The position numbers and the translations under genes were made by a program. DNA of 64,000 bases from an uncultured bacterium (GTDB lineage: Bacteria > Armatimonadota > Abditibacteriia > Abditibacteriales > Abditibacteriaceae). The notes under the pieces are model-generated. The model was not told the origin of the DNA. It ran no database searches and was given only the letters and a program-made list of their open reading frames with translations. Of the stretch, positions 52,640 through 63,032 are shown piece after piece. Within the stretch, counting starts at the first letter, position 1. Each line of letters starts with the position of its first letter. The DNA is taken from positions 3,298,375 to 3,362,374 of the forward strand of contig CAWJLW010000006.1 of the NCBI GenBank assembly GCA_963843795.1, given 5' to 3'.

Positions 52640-53530
52640 TTATTCCCAGCTTTCGGCGAACTGCGTTTGCACGCTTTTGTCGATGCGCCCGACCAAACCG
52701 CACAGCACTTTGCCTGGCCCTAATTCGATGAACTGCTCGGCGCCATCAGCGATCATCTGCTGAACGCTCTGACTCCACAAAACCGCGCCTGTCATCTGCG
52801 CGCTGAGAGCTTTTTTCAATTCTGATGCGTCGGTTGTGGAGCGCGCTGTCGTGTTACAATAAACCGGAATGCGCGCGTCTTGAAACGGTGCGGCTTCAAT
52901 AAGCGTAGCCATGGTTTCGCCCGCGCTTTGCATCAGGGGCGAGTGAAAGGCGCCGCTGACCGGCAATCGAATCGCCATTTTCGCGCCCTGCACCTTGGCT
53001 TCGCTCATCGCGCGCTCGACTGCAGCCTCTTCCCCACTGACTACGATTTGTCCAGGCGAATTGAAATTTGCGCCCACAACTACGCCCGCTTGACCCGCGC
53101 TTTCGAGGACTTGTTCCAGCGCGTCGTCTTTCAAACCAATCAGCGCGGCCATCGTGCCAGCGGGCGCGTTGTCCATCAATTGAGCGCGCTGCTGCACTAA
53201 ACGCAACGCGTCTTCAAATTCCAGCACATTAGCTGCGACCAGAGCGCTGTATTCGCCCAAAGAATGTCCGGCTGTCATCTGGGCTTCTAAATCGTGTTCG
53301 CGCGCTAAATCAAGCGCGATAACGCCCACAGTGAGCAAAGCGGGCTGCGCGTGCAGCGTTTGCGTCAAGGTTTCAACTGGCCCTTCAAAGCACAATTTCG
53401 CCAGATCGTAGCCCAAAACCTGCGACGCCTGATCAAAGCGCCGCCGCGCCGCGACGTGTGTGCGCTGCCACGCCTGTCCCATGCCGACTTTTTGACTTCC
53501 CTGTCCCGGAAACACCCACGCATTTTTCAT
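52640..53530 (-). CDS. fabD: Malonyl-CoA:ACP transacylase
   Basis: FPGQGSQ, GHSLGEY, AFHS. Confidence 0.96.
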   Translation of the reverse strand: MKNAWVFPGQGSQKVGMGQAWQRTHVAARRRFDQASQVLGYDLAKLCFEGPVETLTQTLHAQPALLTVGVIALDLAREHDLEAQMTAGHSLGEYSALVAANVLEFEDALRLVQQRAQLMDNAPAGTMAALIGLKDDALEQVLESAGQAGVVVGANFNSPGQIVVSGEEAAVERAMSEAKVQGAKMAIRLPVSGAFHSPLMQSAGETMATLIEAAPFQDARIPVYCNTTARSTTDASELKKALSAQMTGAVLWSQSVQQMIADGAEQFIELGPGKVLCGLVGRIDKSVQTQFAESWE

Positions 53531-53581
53531 AATTTCTGGACGATTACACTTTGCAAGTACTTGCAACTCATTATGAGAATT

Positions 53582-54163
53582 TTAAGATTTGGTCGCAAAA
53601 ACTGCGTAATGATACGGCCCGACTTCGCGCGTTTCCTGCACCGTGAAACCGGCTTCCTGCACCCAATCGCGCACGGTTTCGCTTTTCAAGCGTCGCGCTT
53701 GGCTCGGCCCCGGCAAATCAGGATCGCCACCGGCTGCGCCCGGATGCCATTCGATAACAATCAAACGCCCATTATTTTTCAAAACTCGTCGCGTTTCAGC
53801 CAAATGGCGCAGCGGTTCTTCGCATTCATGCAAAACGTTGGCATGGAACACAACATCGACTTCGGCATCGTCCAGCTCAAACGAATTTTCGCCACACGGC
53901 AGGGTCAGAATGCGCTCCCAGTTTTCGCAGCGCGCCCGCAAAATTTGCAGCATCGCAGGCTGCATATCCAAAGCGTAAACCATGCCACGCGGACGACAAA
54001 CACGCTCGATTTCAAAAGTGAACCAGCCACTGCCGCAGCCAATTTCGGCCACGCGTTCGCCCGCTTTAATTTCAACAGCTTTGACGATTTCAGCAGGATT
54101 GTTCCAACTCAAGCGGTCGGCACTTTCCAAAATCGGCGCTTTTTCGGGATCAAATTTCGTCAT
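53582..54163 (-). CDS. Class I SAM-dependent methyltransferase
   Basis: VAEIGCGSG, YALD, LHE, LKNNGRL. Confidence 0.85.
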   Translation of the reverse strand: MTKFDPEKAPILESADRLSWNNPAEIVKAVEIKAGERVAEIGCGSGWFTFEIERVCRPRGMVYALDMQPAMLQILRARCENWERILTLPCGENSFELDDAEVDVVFHANVLHECEEPLRHLAETRRVLKNNGRLIVIEWHPGAAGGDPDLPGPSQARRLKSETVRDWVQEAGFTVQETREVGPYHYAVFATKS

Positions 54164-54198
54164 AATTGGGTGCAGGTACTTGCAACACACTCTAACAT

Positions 54199-55255
54199 TT
54201 AAGACCATTTCAAAACCGCAGATGCCCACGTTAGCCCGGCACCGAAGCCAACGGTAACAATTGTGTCGCCGCTTTGGATGCGACCCTGATCGCGCGCTTC
54301 ACATAACGCAATCGGTACGCTGGCCGCCGAAGTATTGCCGTATTTTTCGACATTGACGAACACTTTGTCGGAAGAAAGTTTCAAGCGTTTGGCTGCCGCG
54401 TCAATAATGCGCACATTGGCTTGATGAGGCACAAACAGATCAACTTCATTGGTGGCGATACCGCACTTTTGCAAGGCGCGTTCGGCGCTTTCGCCCATTA
54501 CATTGACTGCAAAACGATAAACCTCGCGTCCGTTCTGATAAATTGCGCGCGGGCTGGGGCAACGTACTTGCAGCTTCATTTTTGCCATCGGGAATGCGCA
54601 GCGGAGCAGGTTCGCCATCAATACTGAGCTTCAGCAGAGGGCCGCCGCTGCCATCGGAACCCAGATCGAAACCTAAAACGCCCGTGCCGTCTTCAACTTT
54701 CGAAACCACCACAGCGCCTGCGCCATCGCCGAACAAAACGCACGAACTGCGGTCGTTCCAATCCAAAACGCGCGACATCACTTCAGCACCAACCACCAGA
54801 ATATTTTCACACGCGCCCGAACCGACAAACTGCGCTGCCGTAACCAGTGCATACACGAAGCCAGAACAGGCCGCGCCCATATCGAAGGCCGCACCCGCGA
54901 CGCCAAGTCGATGCTGCAACAGCGAAGCCGAAGACGGAAATTGATAATCGGGCGTGCAAGTCGCGACGATTACCATTTGAATGTCGGACGCGTTTAATTT
55001 AGCGTCTTCAAGTGCGCGACGCGCGGCAATTTCGGCAATATCGACTGTGGTTTGTTCCGGGGAAACGATGCGGCGCGCGCCGATGCCGGTGCGCGAGCGA
55101 ATCCATTCGTCGTTGGTATCGAGAAAGCGCGCTAGATCGTCGTTAGTGACGATGCGCTCCGGCACATAAAAACCCAGACCTGTAACGCCCGCTGAACGCA
55201 GCGTGCGTGGCAAAGTCTCGGCAACCGAAGGCGCAAGGTGCGAAAAATTGGTCAT
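54199..55255 (-). CDS. fabH: 3-oxoacyl-ACP synthase III, with a +1 frameshift at about 54563 inside a motif copy
   Basis: AACSGF and FGDGAGA in the first [16 protein letters not shown] and GFGAGL in the second. Removing one base joins them as ...[16 protein letters not shown]. Confidence 0.93.
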
Positions 55256-55412
55256 AAATCAGAAATTCAAACCGGCACAAAAATGCGCGGCTTTTCGAGC
55301 CGCGCGTCCATATTTCATCGCGCTATTTGCGCACGACAAGTGCTTGCGAAAGCCTTAAGTACTTGCGAAAGCCTTGTCACTGAGCCGCACCACGATTTGT
55401 GACGCCACAATT

Positions 55413-56549
55413 TCACAGCGCAACATCAGGATTATCGACAACAGTTTCCTCGGCGGACGCTTGCAGCGACGCCGCAACTTCAGCCGCACTCGATTCCCCC
55501 TCAGGAGTTTGCGTTTGCGCAGCCTTAATTTGCATCATCGCACGCCGAATCGAACCCGTGACATCTTTGCTCGCAGTTTGGCGCGCGATGCGCAGGGCCG
55601 AATAAATCGACTTGGCATCGCTGCTGCCGTGACTGATAACACAAACGCCATTTACGCCCAGCAAAACCGCGCCGCCGTACTCGGTGTAATCGAACTCTCT
55701 CCGCATCTGCACCAGAGCCGGTTTGAGCAACAGCGCACCAATTTTCGCGCGCAGATTACTGAGCATGGCGGTTTTGAGAGAAGCAGCGAACATCTTAGCG
55801 AAGCCTTCGGTCGTTTTCAAGACAATATTGCCGACATAACCGTCGCAAACCACCACATCGACCGTGCCATACGCAATGTCGCGGCCTTCGACGTTTCCGT
55901 AATAACTATAAAATCCGGCTTTGGTTTGTTCGCGCAGCAAAGGATAGGTGTGCTTAATCAGGTCGTTGCCTTTGCCTTCTTCTTCGCCAATCGATAGCAA
56001 ACCAACTGTTGGTAACTGTGTGTCGCTGAGCGTGCTTTGCGTGCCCGGAATCACGCCCGCAATCGCGCGCGCATAAACCGAACCCATAATGGCAAATTCA
56101 GCTAAGTTGCGTGGGCGACAGTCGGCGTTGGCTCCGGCGTCCATCAAAACTAATGGATTTTTCTGGGTTGGGAAAACGCTGGCGATACCAGGTCGGTCGA
56201 TGCCTTCGATGGGACGCAGGCCGAAAATCGCGAACGCCGAAGCCGCGCCGGTGTTGCCCGCCGATAAAACCGCATCGGCTTTGCCTTCGGCGTGCAGGCG
56301 CGTGGCAACCGCGACCGAAGAATCTTTCTTTTTGCGCAAAGCGACCGAAGGCGCTTCATCCATCGCGACAATTTGACTGGCGTGATGAATGCTCACATTC
56401 GGCGGCAAAGTGGGCAGCAAACGCTGCAAAACCGTCTCGTCGCCGACCAAGATGGCGTGAAAATCGAAATCGCGGGCCGCGCGCACCGCACCTTCGACAA
56501 TGGCTTCGGGCGCGTTATCGCCGCCCATCGCGTCAATTGCTATTCGCAT
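55413..56549 (-). CDS. plsX: Phosphate acyltransferase
   Basis: IDAMGGDNAP, SAGNTGA, CDGYVGN, HGSS. Confidence 0.95.
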   Translation of the reverse strand: MRIAIDAMGGDNAPEAIVEGAVRAARDFDFHAILVGDETVLQRLLPTLPPNVSIHHASQIVAMDEAPSVALRKKKDSSVAVATRLHAEGKADAVLSAGNTGAASAFAIFGLRPIEGIDRPGIASVFPTQKNPLVLMDAGANADCRPRNLAEFAIMGSVYARAIAGVIPGTQSTLSDTQLPTVGLLSIGEEEGKGNDLIKHTYPLLREQTKAGFYSYYGNVEGRDIAYGTVDVVVCDGYVGNIVLKTTEGFAKMFAASLKTAMLSNLRAKIGALLLKPALVQMRREFDYTEYGGAVLLGVNGVCVISHGSSDAKSIYSALRIARQTASKDVTGSIRRAMMQIKAAQTQTPEGESSAAEVAASLQASAEETVVDNPDVAL

Positions 56550-56677
56550 CGGCTACTCGATTTAGATAAATCCCACACAAAAACTGGTGAGGCAGACGCC
56601 AAAAAGTACTTGCGAAGGTTTCGCAAGTACTTGCAGGGCGTTTTCACCGTTTCAAAGGCACCTTGAGGAGGCACCGT

Positions 56678-56884
56678 TTACGAGGCGTCGGGACGCGGCG
56701 TGTGCTTGACGCGCGGTGCCAATACCTGGCGACCATTGTAATAACCACAGGCGCCACAGGCGCGATGCGGCACATTTGGCGCGTCGCAATGCGGACAGGT
56801 CGTGAGCGTAATTTTGGCGGCGCGCCACTGGTGGCGCCGCGTGCGCACTCGAGAGTGCGATTTCCGACGTTTGGGTAAAGCCAT
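56678..56884 (-). CDS. rpmF: 50S ribosomal protein L32
   Basis: MALPKRRKS...CPHC...PHRACGACGYY. Confidence 0.96.
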   Translation of the reverse strand: MALPKRRKSHSRVRTRRHQWRAAKITLTTCPHCDAPNVPHRACGACGYYNGRQVLAPRVKHTPRPDAS

Positions 56885-56949
56885 CTTATTTTCTTCCTTA
56901 AAACGTAAACTTAATTTTCAGTTCGCTAAATTTCAGCATTCGCTAATTC

Positions 56950-57501
56950 TCAGCGCTCGTTATTTTTCTGTGCCCATTGCTGCAAATCTGCCCAACGCGC
57001 ATCACCTTCATCGGCTTCAGCTTTGCGATCCTCGATGCCGGGGCAATCCTGTGAACACAAAGGTTGAATCGGCCAATTTAAAACTGCCGATTGGCGCAGC
57101 AACTCCAGAACATCGACAGAATGCGCATCAAAAATCGCCGCGGTTTCATCGTCGATCTCGTCTTCTTCATCTTCGATTTCATCGCTTGCGTGTCCGCTTT
57201 TAGGGCGTCCGGTGGCGACCACCGAATTGGTTTGCACTTGAAAGAACGCCAAGGGCGCGTCAGCTTCAAGTTCCAACTCGACTGGCTGCTCGTAATCGCG
57301 CAGACAGCGCGCGCACTGCATTTTTACGCTGCTTTGAGCCTGACCCGTGACCACGATATTGCGGCGCGCATTGGCGGCGCGCACGCGCCCCGTAATCGGT
57401 TGAACGAATTCGACATCGTCCAGCACGACCGGCTCTAAATCAATGACGCGCTCGACTGATGTGCCTGGCGCGCGCAAAACATCCAGTAAATCTAAGTACA
57501 T
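56950..57501 (-). CDS. yceD: YceD/DUF177 protein
   Basis: CARCL, LCSQDCPG, DARWADL; conserved position upstream of rpmF. Confidence 0.9.
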   Translation of the reverse strand: MYLDLLDVLRAPGTSVERVIDLEPVVLDDVEFVQPITGRVRAANARRNIVVTGQAQSSVKMQCARCLRDYEQPVELELEADAPLAFFQVQTNSVVATGRPKSGHASDEIEDEEDEIDDETAAIFDAHSVDVLELLRQSAVLNWPIQPLCSQDCPGIEDRKAEADEGDARWADLQQWAQKNNER

Positions 57502-57575
57502 TGTCATCACCGCCAAAATGACGGCCAAGTGAACGTCGCGCTGCGAAAAAGTTCCGCCACGAAACGCGATAAGGC

Positions 57576-57604
57576 ATTTTAAGGAGAGTTCGCCTTTTTG
57601 TCAA
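57576..57604 (-). promoter_or_regulatory. Sigma70 promoter of the yceD-rpmF-plsX-fab operon
   Basis: TTGACA-17bp-TAAAAT on the minus strand. Confidence 0.75.
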
Positions 57605-57670
57605 GGCCGCCACACTGTGCAGCAGGTACTTGCACAAGCTATTGCGCCCGTATCCGCAACATTAAAAACA

Positions 57671-57700
57671 AAAGCGGCTCAATTTAAATTGAGCCGCTTT
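57671..57700. terminator. Perfect 30-bp palindrome terminator
   Basis: aaagcggctcaatttaaattgagccgcttt downstream of the 57729 gene. Confidence 0.65.
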
Positions 57701-57728
57701 CATCTGCTGCAAGTTACTTGCAGCGAAT

Positions 57729-58292
57729 TTATTTCACTCGAATCGAACCGCTTTTGGCCCTCGATTTTGAATCCGACTTTTTTAAGCCATTATAGCCGTA
57801 ATCGGGATACTGATCGTAGCCACCGGCATAAACATCGCCGTTGCGATTGGAAGGATAACGATTATCGGGATAACGGTTGTAATCCGGATAATTGTTATCG
57901 GGATAGCCGTAATTACCCGCGCGATAGCCACCATTATCGGGATAGCGATTGTAATCTTCAGGATAAGTGTTGCGGTTATCGCTGCGTCGATTGCGATAAC
58001 GGTCGTTATTATTTGCATCGCGGTCGGCGTCGCGGCCTTTTTTGTAAGCGTAATATGCGCCGGCGCCAGCGATGATGGCAGGAACATTTTTCCCTTTCAC
58101 GCCATAATAGGCACCCAGAACACCCAAAGCTGCGGCACCGGCTTTATAAGCATCAGCTTTATCAATGGCGTGCGCGCTATTCGCGCCACCAATTGGGAAC
58201 AGCGAAGCGGTCAAAGCCAGAGCGCCCGCGATAAAAACGAAACGCGGCGAACGAGAAATCGAGGGAGAAGTTTGGAAATTGCGGTTTTTCAT
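57729..58292 (-). CDS. Exported glycine-zipper-like protein with N/R/Y/P/D low-complexity repeats
   Basis: Signal ending AHA; AGAAALGVLGAYYG; repeated (N)RYPD/NYPD. Confidence 0.7.
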   Translation of the reverse strand: MKNRNFQTSPSISRSPRFVFIAGALALTASLFPIGGANSAHAIDKADAYKAGAAALGVLGAYYGVKGKNVPAIIAGAGAYYAYKKGRDADRDANNNDRYRNRRSDNRNTYPEDYNRYPDNGGYRAGNYGYPDNNYPDYNRYPDNRYPSNRNGDVYAGGYDQYPDYGYNGLKKSDSKSRAKSGSIRVK

Positions 58293-58399
58293 GGAAAAGC
58301 TCCTGTTGAACTTGGTTATTGGCTTGGTCAACAGCGGCGCAGACGCGCGATTTTGGGGGCAAGTTCAAAACAAGTTGGCAGTTTCTCGCAAAATTTCCA

Positions 58400-58930
58400 T
58401 TAATTTTTTCCGCTTTCGCCGCTTAGATCAACGCCATCCATCAACTTCATGAATTTGTCTAATTCTTCGGGCGCGAGTTCGGTCGATGGTTCTTCAGCTT
58501 CATCAATTTCATCAATTGCTTCTTCGATTTGAATACCGGTTTTTTCGGCCACTTGAGCAGCGACCAGAATGCGACATTGCGCGCGCAAGGCCAGTGCAAT
58601 TGCATCCGAGGGGCGCGCGTCGATTTCCTGTAACTGCGCATCGCCGGGCAATTGTAAATGCAAGCTGGCGTAATAAACCTGATCGGAAAAATCGTTGACC
58701 GTGACTTTGACCAGTCGAATGCCGAGTTCACGAAAAATATTGCTCATTAAATCGTGCGTCATGGGACGCGGCGATTGCTTTTTGTCCAGCTCCATTTGAA
58801 TCGAAATCGCTTCGGGCTGCCCGATCCAAATCGGCACAAACGTGGTGCGCTCTTCATCGCGCAATAATACCAGCGTCTGGCTTTGCGGGTCGATACCAAT
58901 TCCCTCGACCACCATTTCAATCATCGACAT
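58400..58930 (-). CDS. Bifunctional nuclease family (DUF151)
   Basis: PIWIGQPEA, RPMTHDL, DARPSDAIALA. Confidence 0.92.
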   Translation of the reverse strand: MSMIEMVVEGIGIDPQSQTLVLLRDEERTTFVPIWIGQPEAISIQMELDKKQSPRPMTHDLMSNIFRELGIRLVKVTVNDFSDQVYYASLHLQLPGDAQLQEIDARPSDAIALALRAQCRILVAAQVAEKTGIQIEEAIDEIDEAEEPSTELAPEELDKFMKLMDGVDLSGESGKN

Positions 58931-59034
58931 AATTCCACCTTTAACTGCGATTCCTTTTCACAAAATCCGAGGAACAGCAACTTTTCTTAATTCTAACTGC
59001 GCAAGTGCGCTGCAGAGTACTTGCAGGACAAATT

Positions 59035-59709
59035 TCAACCATCAAGCACGGCAGTTCGCGCCCAAATCAACGCCTCATCAAAATCACGTTCTTCCAGCAG
59101 AGAACGGCACCAAGCCGCTGCAAGTACTTGCAAACCATGCGGCGCGCCAACGAAAGTTTTATACGCCGCAGATAAGGCTGCGTTTTCTAACAGTTCGCCA
59201 TCGAGCCAGAATTTTTTGTGGCGCCACATGAGACGATGTTTGGCGTCACCTCGCTGCCACTGAAACTTCAAGGTTTCGTCACAAAAACCATGTTCGAGGC
59301 GTGCGCTGCGGATCGCTTCTTTTTGGCCTGCGCACAAGTTGACGCGATAAGGTTGCTCGCGCTCACTTAAATTTTCGAATTGCAGCGCCGGAATTTTAAT
59401 TTTTTCTGAATTTTCCTGAAAATCATTTTCCACAGTGCGTTGGGCGAACCGTGCATTGGGATCGTCGCCGAAAGTGGTTTCCAAACGCGCTGCCAAACCC
59501 CAGCGCCACAACGCGCGCGCCGCGACTGCCGCGCCACCAATTTCACGTTTTTCATGCACAATTTGAGCAGTGGACGCGGAAACTGATGTCTCAAAAACTG
59601 GCTTTGAGTCGAGTTGGAGCCAGTATTCAACCCAAGTCGCCCCACTTACGCAGAGCGCCTGAAAATCGGATTCGAACGTGGTATTAAGCGATGCGTCGGG
59701 AACAATCAT
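59035..59709 (-). CDS. Hypothetical protein, degenerate PfkB-kinase-like N-terminus
   Basis: IGGAAVAARALWRWG...FGDD resembles PfkB signature 1; no DTxGAGD motif. Confidence 0.5.
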   Translation of the reverse strand: MIVPDASLNTTFESDFQALCVSGATWVEYWLQLDSKPVFETSVSASTAQIVHEKREIGGAAVAARALWRWGLAARLETTFGDDPNARFAQRTVENDFQENSEKIKIPALQFENLSEREQPYRVNLCAGQKEAIRSARLEHGFCDETLKFQWQRGDAKHRLMWRHKKFWLDGELLENAALSAAYKTFVGAPHGLQVLAAAWCRSLLEERDFDEALIWARTAVLDG

Positions 59710-59830
59710 GAAAATTTCCAAAACTCACAGCAGCGCCCTGCAGGGCCAGTTGGGCCAAATCAATTGCGGCGCAGTCGCAAATCGGCTAAATTTAAGCTAC
59801 CGTTTTTCACAACGCCTTGCCGCTTTCACC

Positions 59831-60526
59831 ATGACTGTACGCATGAACGCTCGCACGACCGCAATTTCGCCTCATTCACGCCGTCGACTGGCTTTGGTTC
59901 CGAGCGCGTTTTTTGTGGCGGCATTTGGCCTGGGAACCGGTTCGGTCGAAGCGGCACCCAAAAGCCAGAACCTCACTTTCGCGATGACGGCGCGCTTATC
60001 TTATAAGGATGCCGAAGGCAAAACGCCGGCGCAGACACTGAATGCGCGCGCGATGCTGGCGGGCCAGAAAGCGCGTCTGGAAACCAATCTGGGCGGCAAA
60101 CCGATGGTCATTTTGTATAAAGCGCCCTACGTTTATCGACTGCTACCAACTTCAAAAGTTGGTCAGCGTTACAAGGCCAGCACGCTGCCGCAGTTGGCCG
60201 ATCTGCTACCGGGCGTAAATTCGCTGACGCCCGATCCAAAAGCGGTGCGCGCGGCATTGATTAAAGGCGGCGCGGTGAAAACGATGTCGGCCAAGTACCA
60301 GGGTGTTCCGGTCGATGTTTACGAAAGCAAGCGGTTTCGCAACCGACCTGATACGCTGAAAGCGTTGTTGAGAAGCAGCGATTCTTTGCCTGTGCGCGTG
60401 CAACTCGATTCAAAAAACTTTGGCGCTGTTGTTTCGTGGCGCAATTATCAACGTCCGGCCACACTGGCGGACAGCTTGTTCGAAGTGCCCAATGGCTATC
60501 GCGTGCGCACAGTTGAAAAACCGTAA
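59831..60526 (+). CDS. Exported LolA-like/DUF4412-like protein
   Basis: Signal SRRRLALV...VEA; C-terminal LADSLFEVPNGY. Confidence 0.65.
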   Translation: MTVRMNARTTAISPHSRRRLALVPSAFFVAAFGLGTGSVEAAPKSQNLTFAMTARLSYKDAEGKTPAQTLNARAMLAGQKARLETNLGGKPMVILYKAPYVYRLLPTSKVGQRYKASTLPQLADLLPGVNSLTPDPKAVRAALIKGGAVKTMSAKYQGVPVDVYESKRFRNRPDTLKALLRSSDSLPVRVQLDSKNFGAVVSWRNYQRPATLADSLFEVPNGYRVRTVEKP

Positions 60527-60690
60527 TCGGAAATTTCAAATTTAGAATTTCTACACGAAAAGCCCAAGCCAAGCGGTTGGCATGCTGAGAAAATTATCAG
60601 TGACAGAAAAATGTAACACCCAAAGTCGGTGCTGTTGTCGAATCAATCCAAATGTGTTTTGTCACAAAATTGTTATCCAAAGGAACGCCC

Positions 60691-62844
60691 ATGCGAAATT
60701 TTGTTCCCCTGTTCGCTTTAAGTGCTTGCCTGATTTTGGCTCCCACTCTGACCCATGCTCAAGAAGGTCTGCCCGGTGGCGACCCGTTTGGTGGTGGCGA
60801 CCCCACCCAGCCCGGCGGAGAGGGTTTTGGTGAACCCGGTTTCGGAGACCCCGGCTTTGGTGAGCCAGGTATGAACGACGGGCTGGACGGTTTGCCCGAT
60901 CCTGCTGCGGAACCTAACGATACGCCGATGGACGAAAATGGACCAGTGCAGGCCGCAACAGCCAACGACTGGACAGTTTTCAAGGGCGACCAGCAACGTA
61001 CTGGTGCGCGTGCCGTTTCGTTGCAATTGCCCTTAAATTTGTTGTGGCGGCATTCGGCGGAAGAAGCGCCCAATCCCTCGGCGGCGCCAATTGTGGCGGG
61101 CGCTGGCGCGGAACGGCGCATATATTTCGCGGCGGGCGCGACAGTTTATTGTTTGAACGCGCAAACCGGCGCGCGCATTTGGAAAAGCCAGGTCTTGACG
61201 CGCGCCATTACCGCGCCACTGGGTTTCACGTCGGGGCCCGACGGTGACATGATTCTGGCCATCACCAGTGGCGGTCAGATGAGCGCGCTACGCACGAGCG
61301 ACGGTGGACAAATCTGGCTGGCCGACGCCAAAGCCCCGGTGCAATCGGGCGCACCGATGGTCATTGAAACTCCCAAAGGGCCTCGCATTGTGGTCGGCGT
61401 TTCCCTGGGACGTTTGCTCGCGTTTACCATGGAAGGCGCGCTCGACCCAAGCTGGGAAGTGCGCATCGGTCAAACCGGCACCGCCCCGACTTCAACTCCC
61501 GCGCTTTCTGTTGACGGCAAGCGTTTATTCGTGTGCGCGCAGGACCAGCGCTTATATTGCATTGATGTCAAGAAAGCCAGCGTGGTGTACACGGTGACAC
61601 TGGGATCTTCGTCGCAAGGCAGCCCCTTAGTACTTGGCGATCAAGTCGTAGTGGCAGCGGGCGACATTGTGACCGGTTTTCGCGATTCGACCGGCGATCC
61701 GATCTGGCGCGTTGATACCGATGGACGTCAGGTGACAGCTTCGCCTTCGGGTATCATCAAAGGCGAAGTGCCAATGATTTACATCGGCGCGCGCAACGGC
61801 GTTTTCTTCGCCATTGATGGACGGCGCGGTCAAGTGGTTTGGAAAACGGATCTCGGTCAGCCAGTGACCGGCACAGCCACCGTAACACCGAACGCGATTT
61901 ACGTGGGCACGGCCAACGGGGTTATGTTCGCGCTCAATCCCGAAGATGGTAAATCTATTTGGGAGTATCGCCTCGATACCAAACGCGAAATCGAAGTCGC
62001 TAACTCGTCCAACCAACGCAATGGAATTGGCGGCAGAGGAGCTGGCGGTTTGGGGTCAGGTGGCGCAGGTAGTGGTGGATTCGGAGGGCGCGGAGCCGGT
62101 GGGCGCGGTGGCTTTGGTTTTGGCCGCACGCAAACCGTCGAGCGCATTTTTGGCATTTCCGCAGCGCCTGTTGTACTGGCCGGACAAGCGTTTGTCTTGG
62201 GCGACAACGCCGCGTTGTACGCTTTTGACGCTGGCATAATGGATGCCGCGCCGCCACGCGTGGTCGAACCCTCGATCAGCGTAACGGCAGCCGAAGGTGG
62301 TTTATCGACACGCGCGCTGGACGCTGACCGGCCACTTTTGATTCCGGGTCGCGCGCCAGTTTACTTTGCAGCGATTTTGAACGATAGCGGTTCGGGCATT
62401 AATCCAGACTCAATCAAAGCCAACCTGGATAACGAAGCAGTGCCCGCAGCACGCACCGTTTTTAACATCGCCAGCGGCATATTGACCGTTACGCTCAATT
62501 CCAATGCGAATGGAGCGGGCACTAATTTGCCCGATGGCACACACACCATTACCATCGACGCCAAAGATTACGCCGGAAATCCTTTACGCTACACAGGTCG
62601 TATTACCGTCGATAACTCAACTCCTCCGCCCTCGCAACAACCGGCAACCGGTGGACGCGGCGGTCGTGGTGGGCGTGGTGGATTTGGTGGACGCGGCGGC
62701 AGTTCCGGCGGGTTCGGTGGCAATGATGGCGGATTCGGCGGCGCAGACGGCGGTTTTGACGGCGGCGGTTTCGGTGGATTTGATGGTGGTGGATTTGATG
62801 GTGGCGGGTTTGGAGGCAGCAGCAGCGGAGGCCGACGCGAGTAA
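60691..62844 (+). CDS. PQQ-type beta-propeller (BamB-like) exported protein with an Ig-like domain and Gly-rich tail
   Basis: WTVFKGDQQRTG; repeated A.D..TG...W blades; GGFGG repeats. Confidence 0.85.
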   Translation: MRNFVPLFALSACLILAPTLTHAQEGLPGGDPFGGGDPTQPGGEGFGEPGFGDPGFGEPGMNDGLDGLPDPAAEPNDTPMDENGPVQAATANDWTVFKGDQQRTGARAVSLQLPLNLLWRHSAEEAPNPSAAPIVAGAGAERRIYFAAGATVYCLNAQTGARIWKSQVLTRAITAPLGFTSGPDGDMILAITSGGQMSALRTSDGGQIWLADAKAPVQSGAPMVIETPKGPRIVVGVSLGRLLAFTMEGALDPSWEVRIGQTGTAPTSTPALSVDGKRLFVCAQDQRLYCIDVKKASVVYTVTLGSSSQGSPLVLGDQVVVAAGDIVTGFRDSTGDPIWRVDTDGRQVTASPSGIIKGEVPMIYIGARNGVFFAIDGRRGQVVWKTDLGQPVTGTATVTPNAIYVGTANGVMFALNPEDGKSIWEYRLDTKREIEVANSSNQRNGIGGRGAGGLGSGGAGSGGFGGRGAGGRGGFGFGRTQTVERIFGISAAPVVLAGQAFVLGDNAALYAFDAGIMDAAPPRVVEPSISVTAAEGGLSTRALDADRPLLIPGRAPVYFAAILNDSGSGINPDSIKANLDNEAVPAARTVFNIASGILTVTLNSNANGAGTNLPDGTHTITIDAKDYAGNPLRYTGRITVDNSTPPPSQQPATGGRGGRGGRGGFGGRGGSSGGFGGNDGGFGGADGGFDGGGFGGFDGGGFDGGGFGGSSSGGRRE

Positions 62845-62978
62845 TCGTAGCTCGGCGTTGGTCCATTCAGCGCATCGATCTTCAAAATATTGTTTCAAGA
62901 AAATGGACGATTTGTCCTCTAAGGCCCACGCGAGACGTTGCGTCGCGTGGGCCTTTCGTTATATATTGCCATCACGTT

Positions 62979-63022
62979 TGCGCCACATCATCCTGCAAGT
63001 ACTTGCAGGATGATGTGGCGCA
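62979..63022. repeat. Perfect 44-bp palindrome centred on the iterated motif
   Basis: tgcgccacatcatcc-TGCAAGTACTTGCA-ggatgatgtggcgca. Confidence 0.95.
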
Positions 63023-63032
63023 GTGAATTATC

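Noticed and set aside
54199..55255. fabH (and sucA) as true pseudogenes or programmed frameshifts
   Set aside because: No slippery sequence and no other decay; each is repaired by deleting one base at a GTAC site, so sequence error is more likely.
62641..62830. GGN-rich DNA repeats
   Set aside because: Explained by the Gly-rich protein tail (GGFGG/GGRGG), not a separate element.
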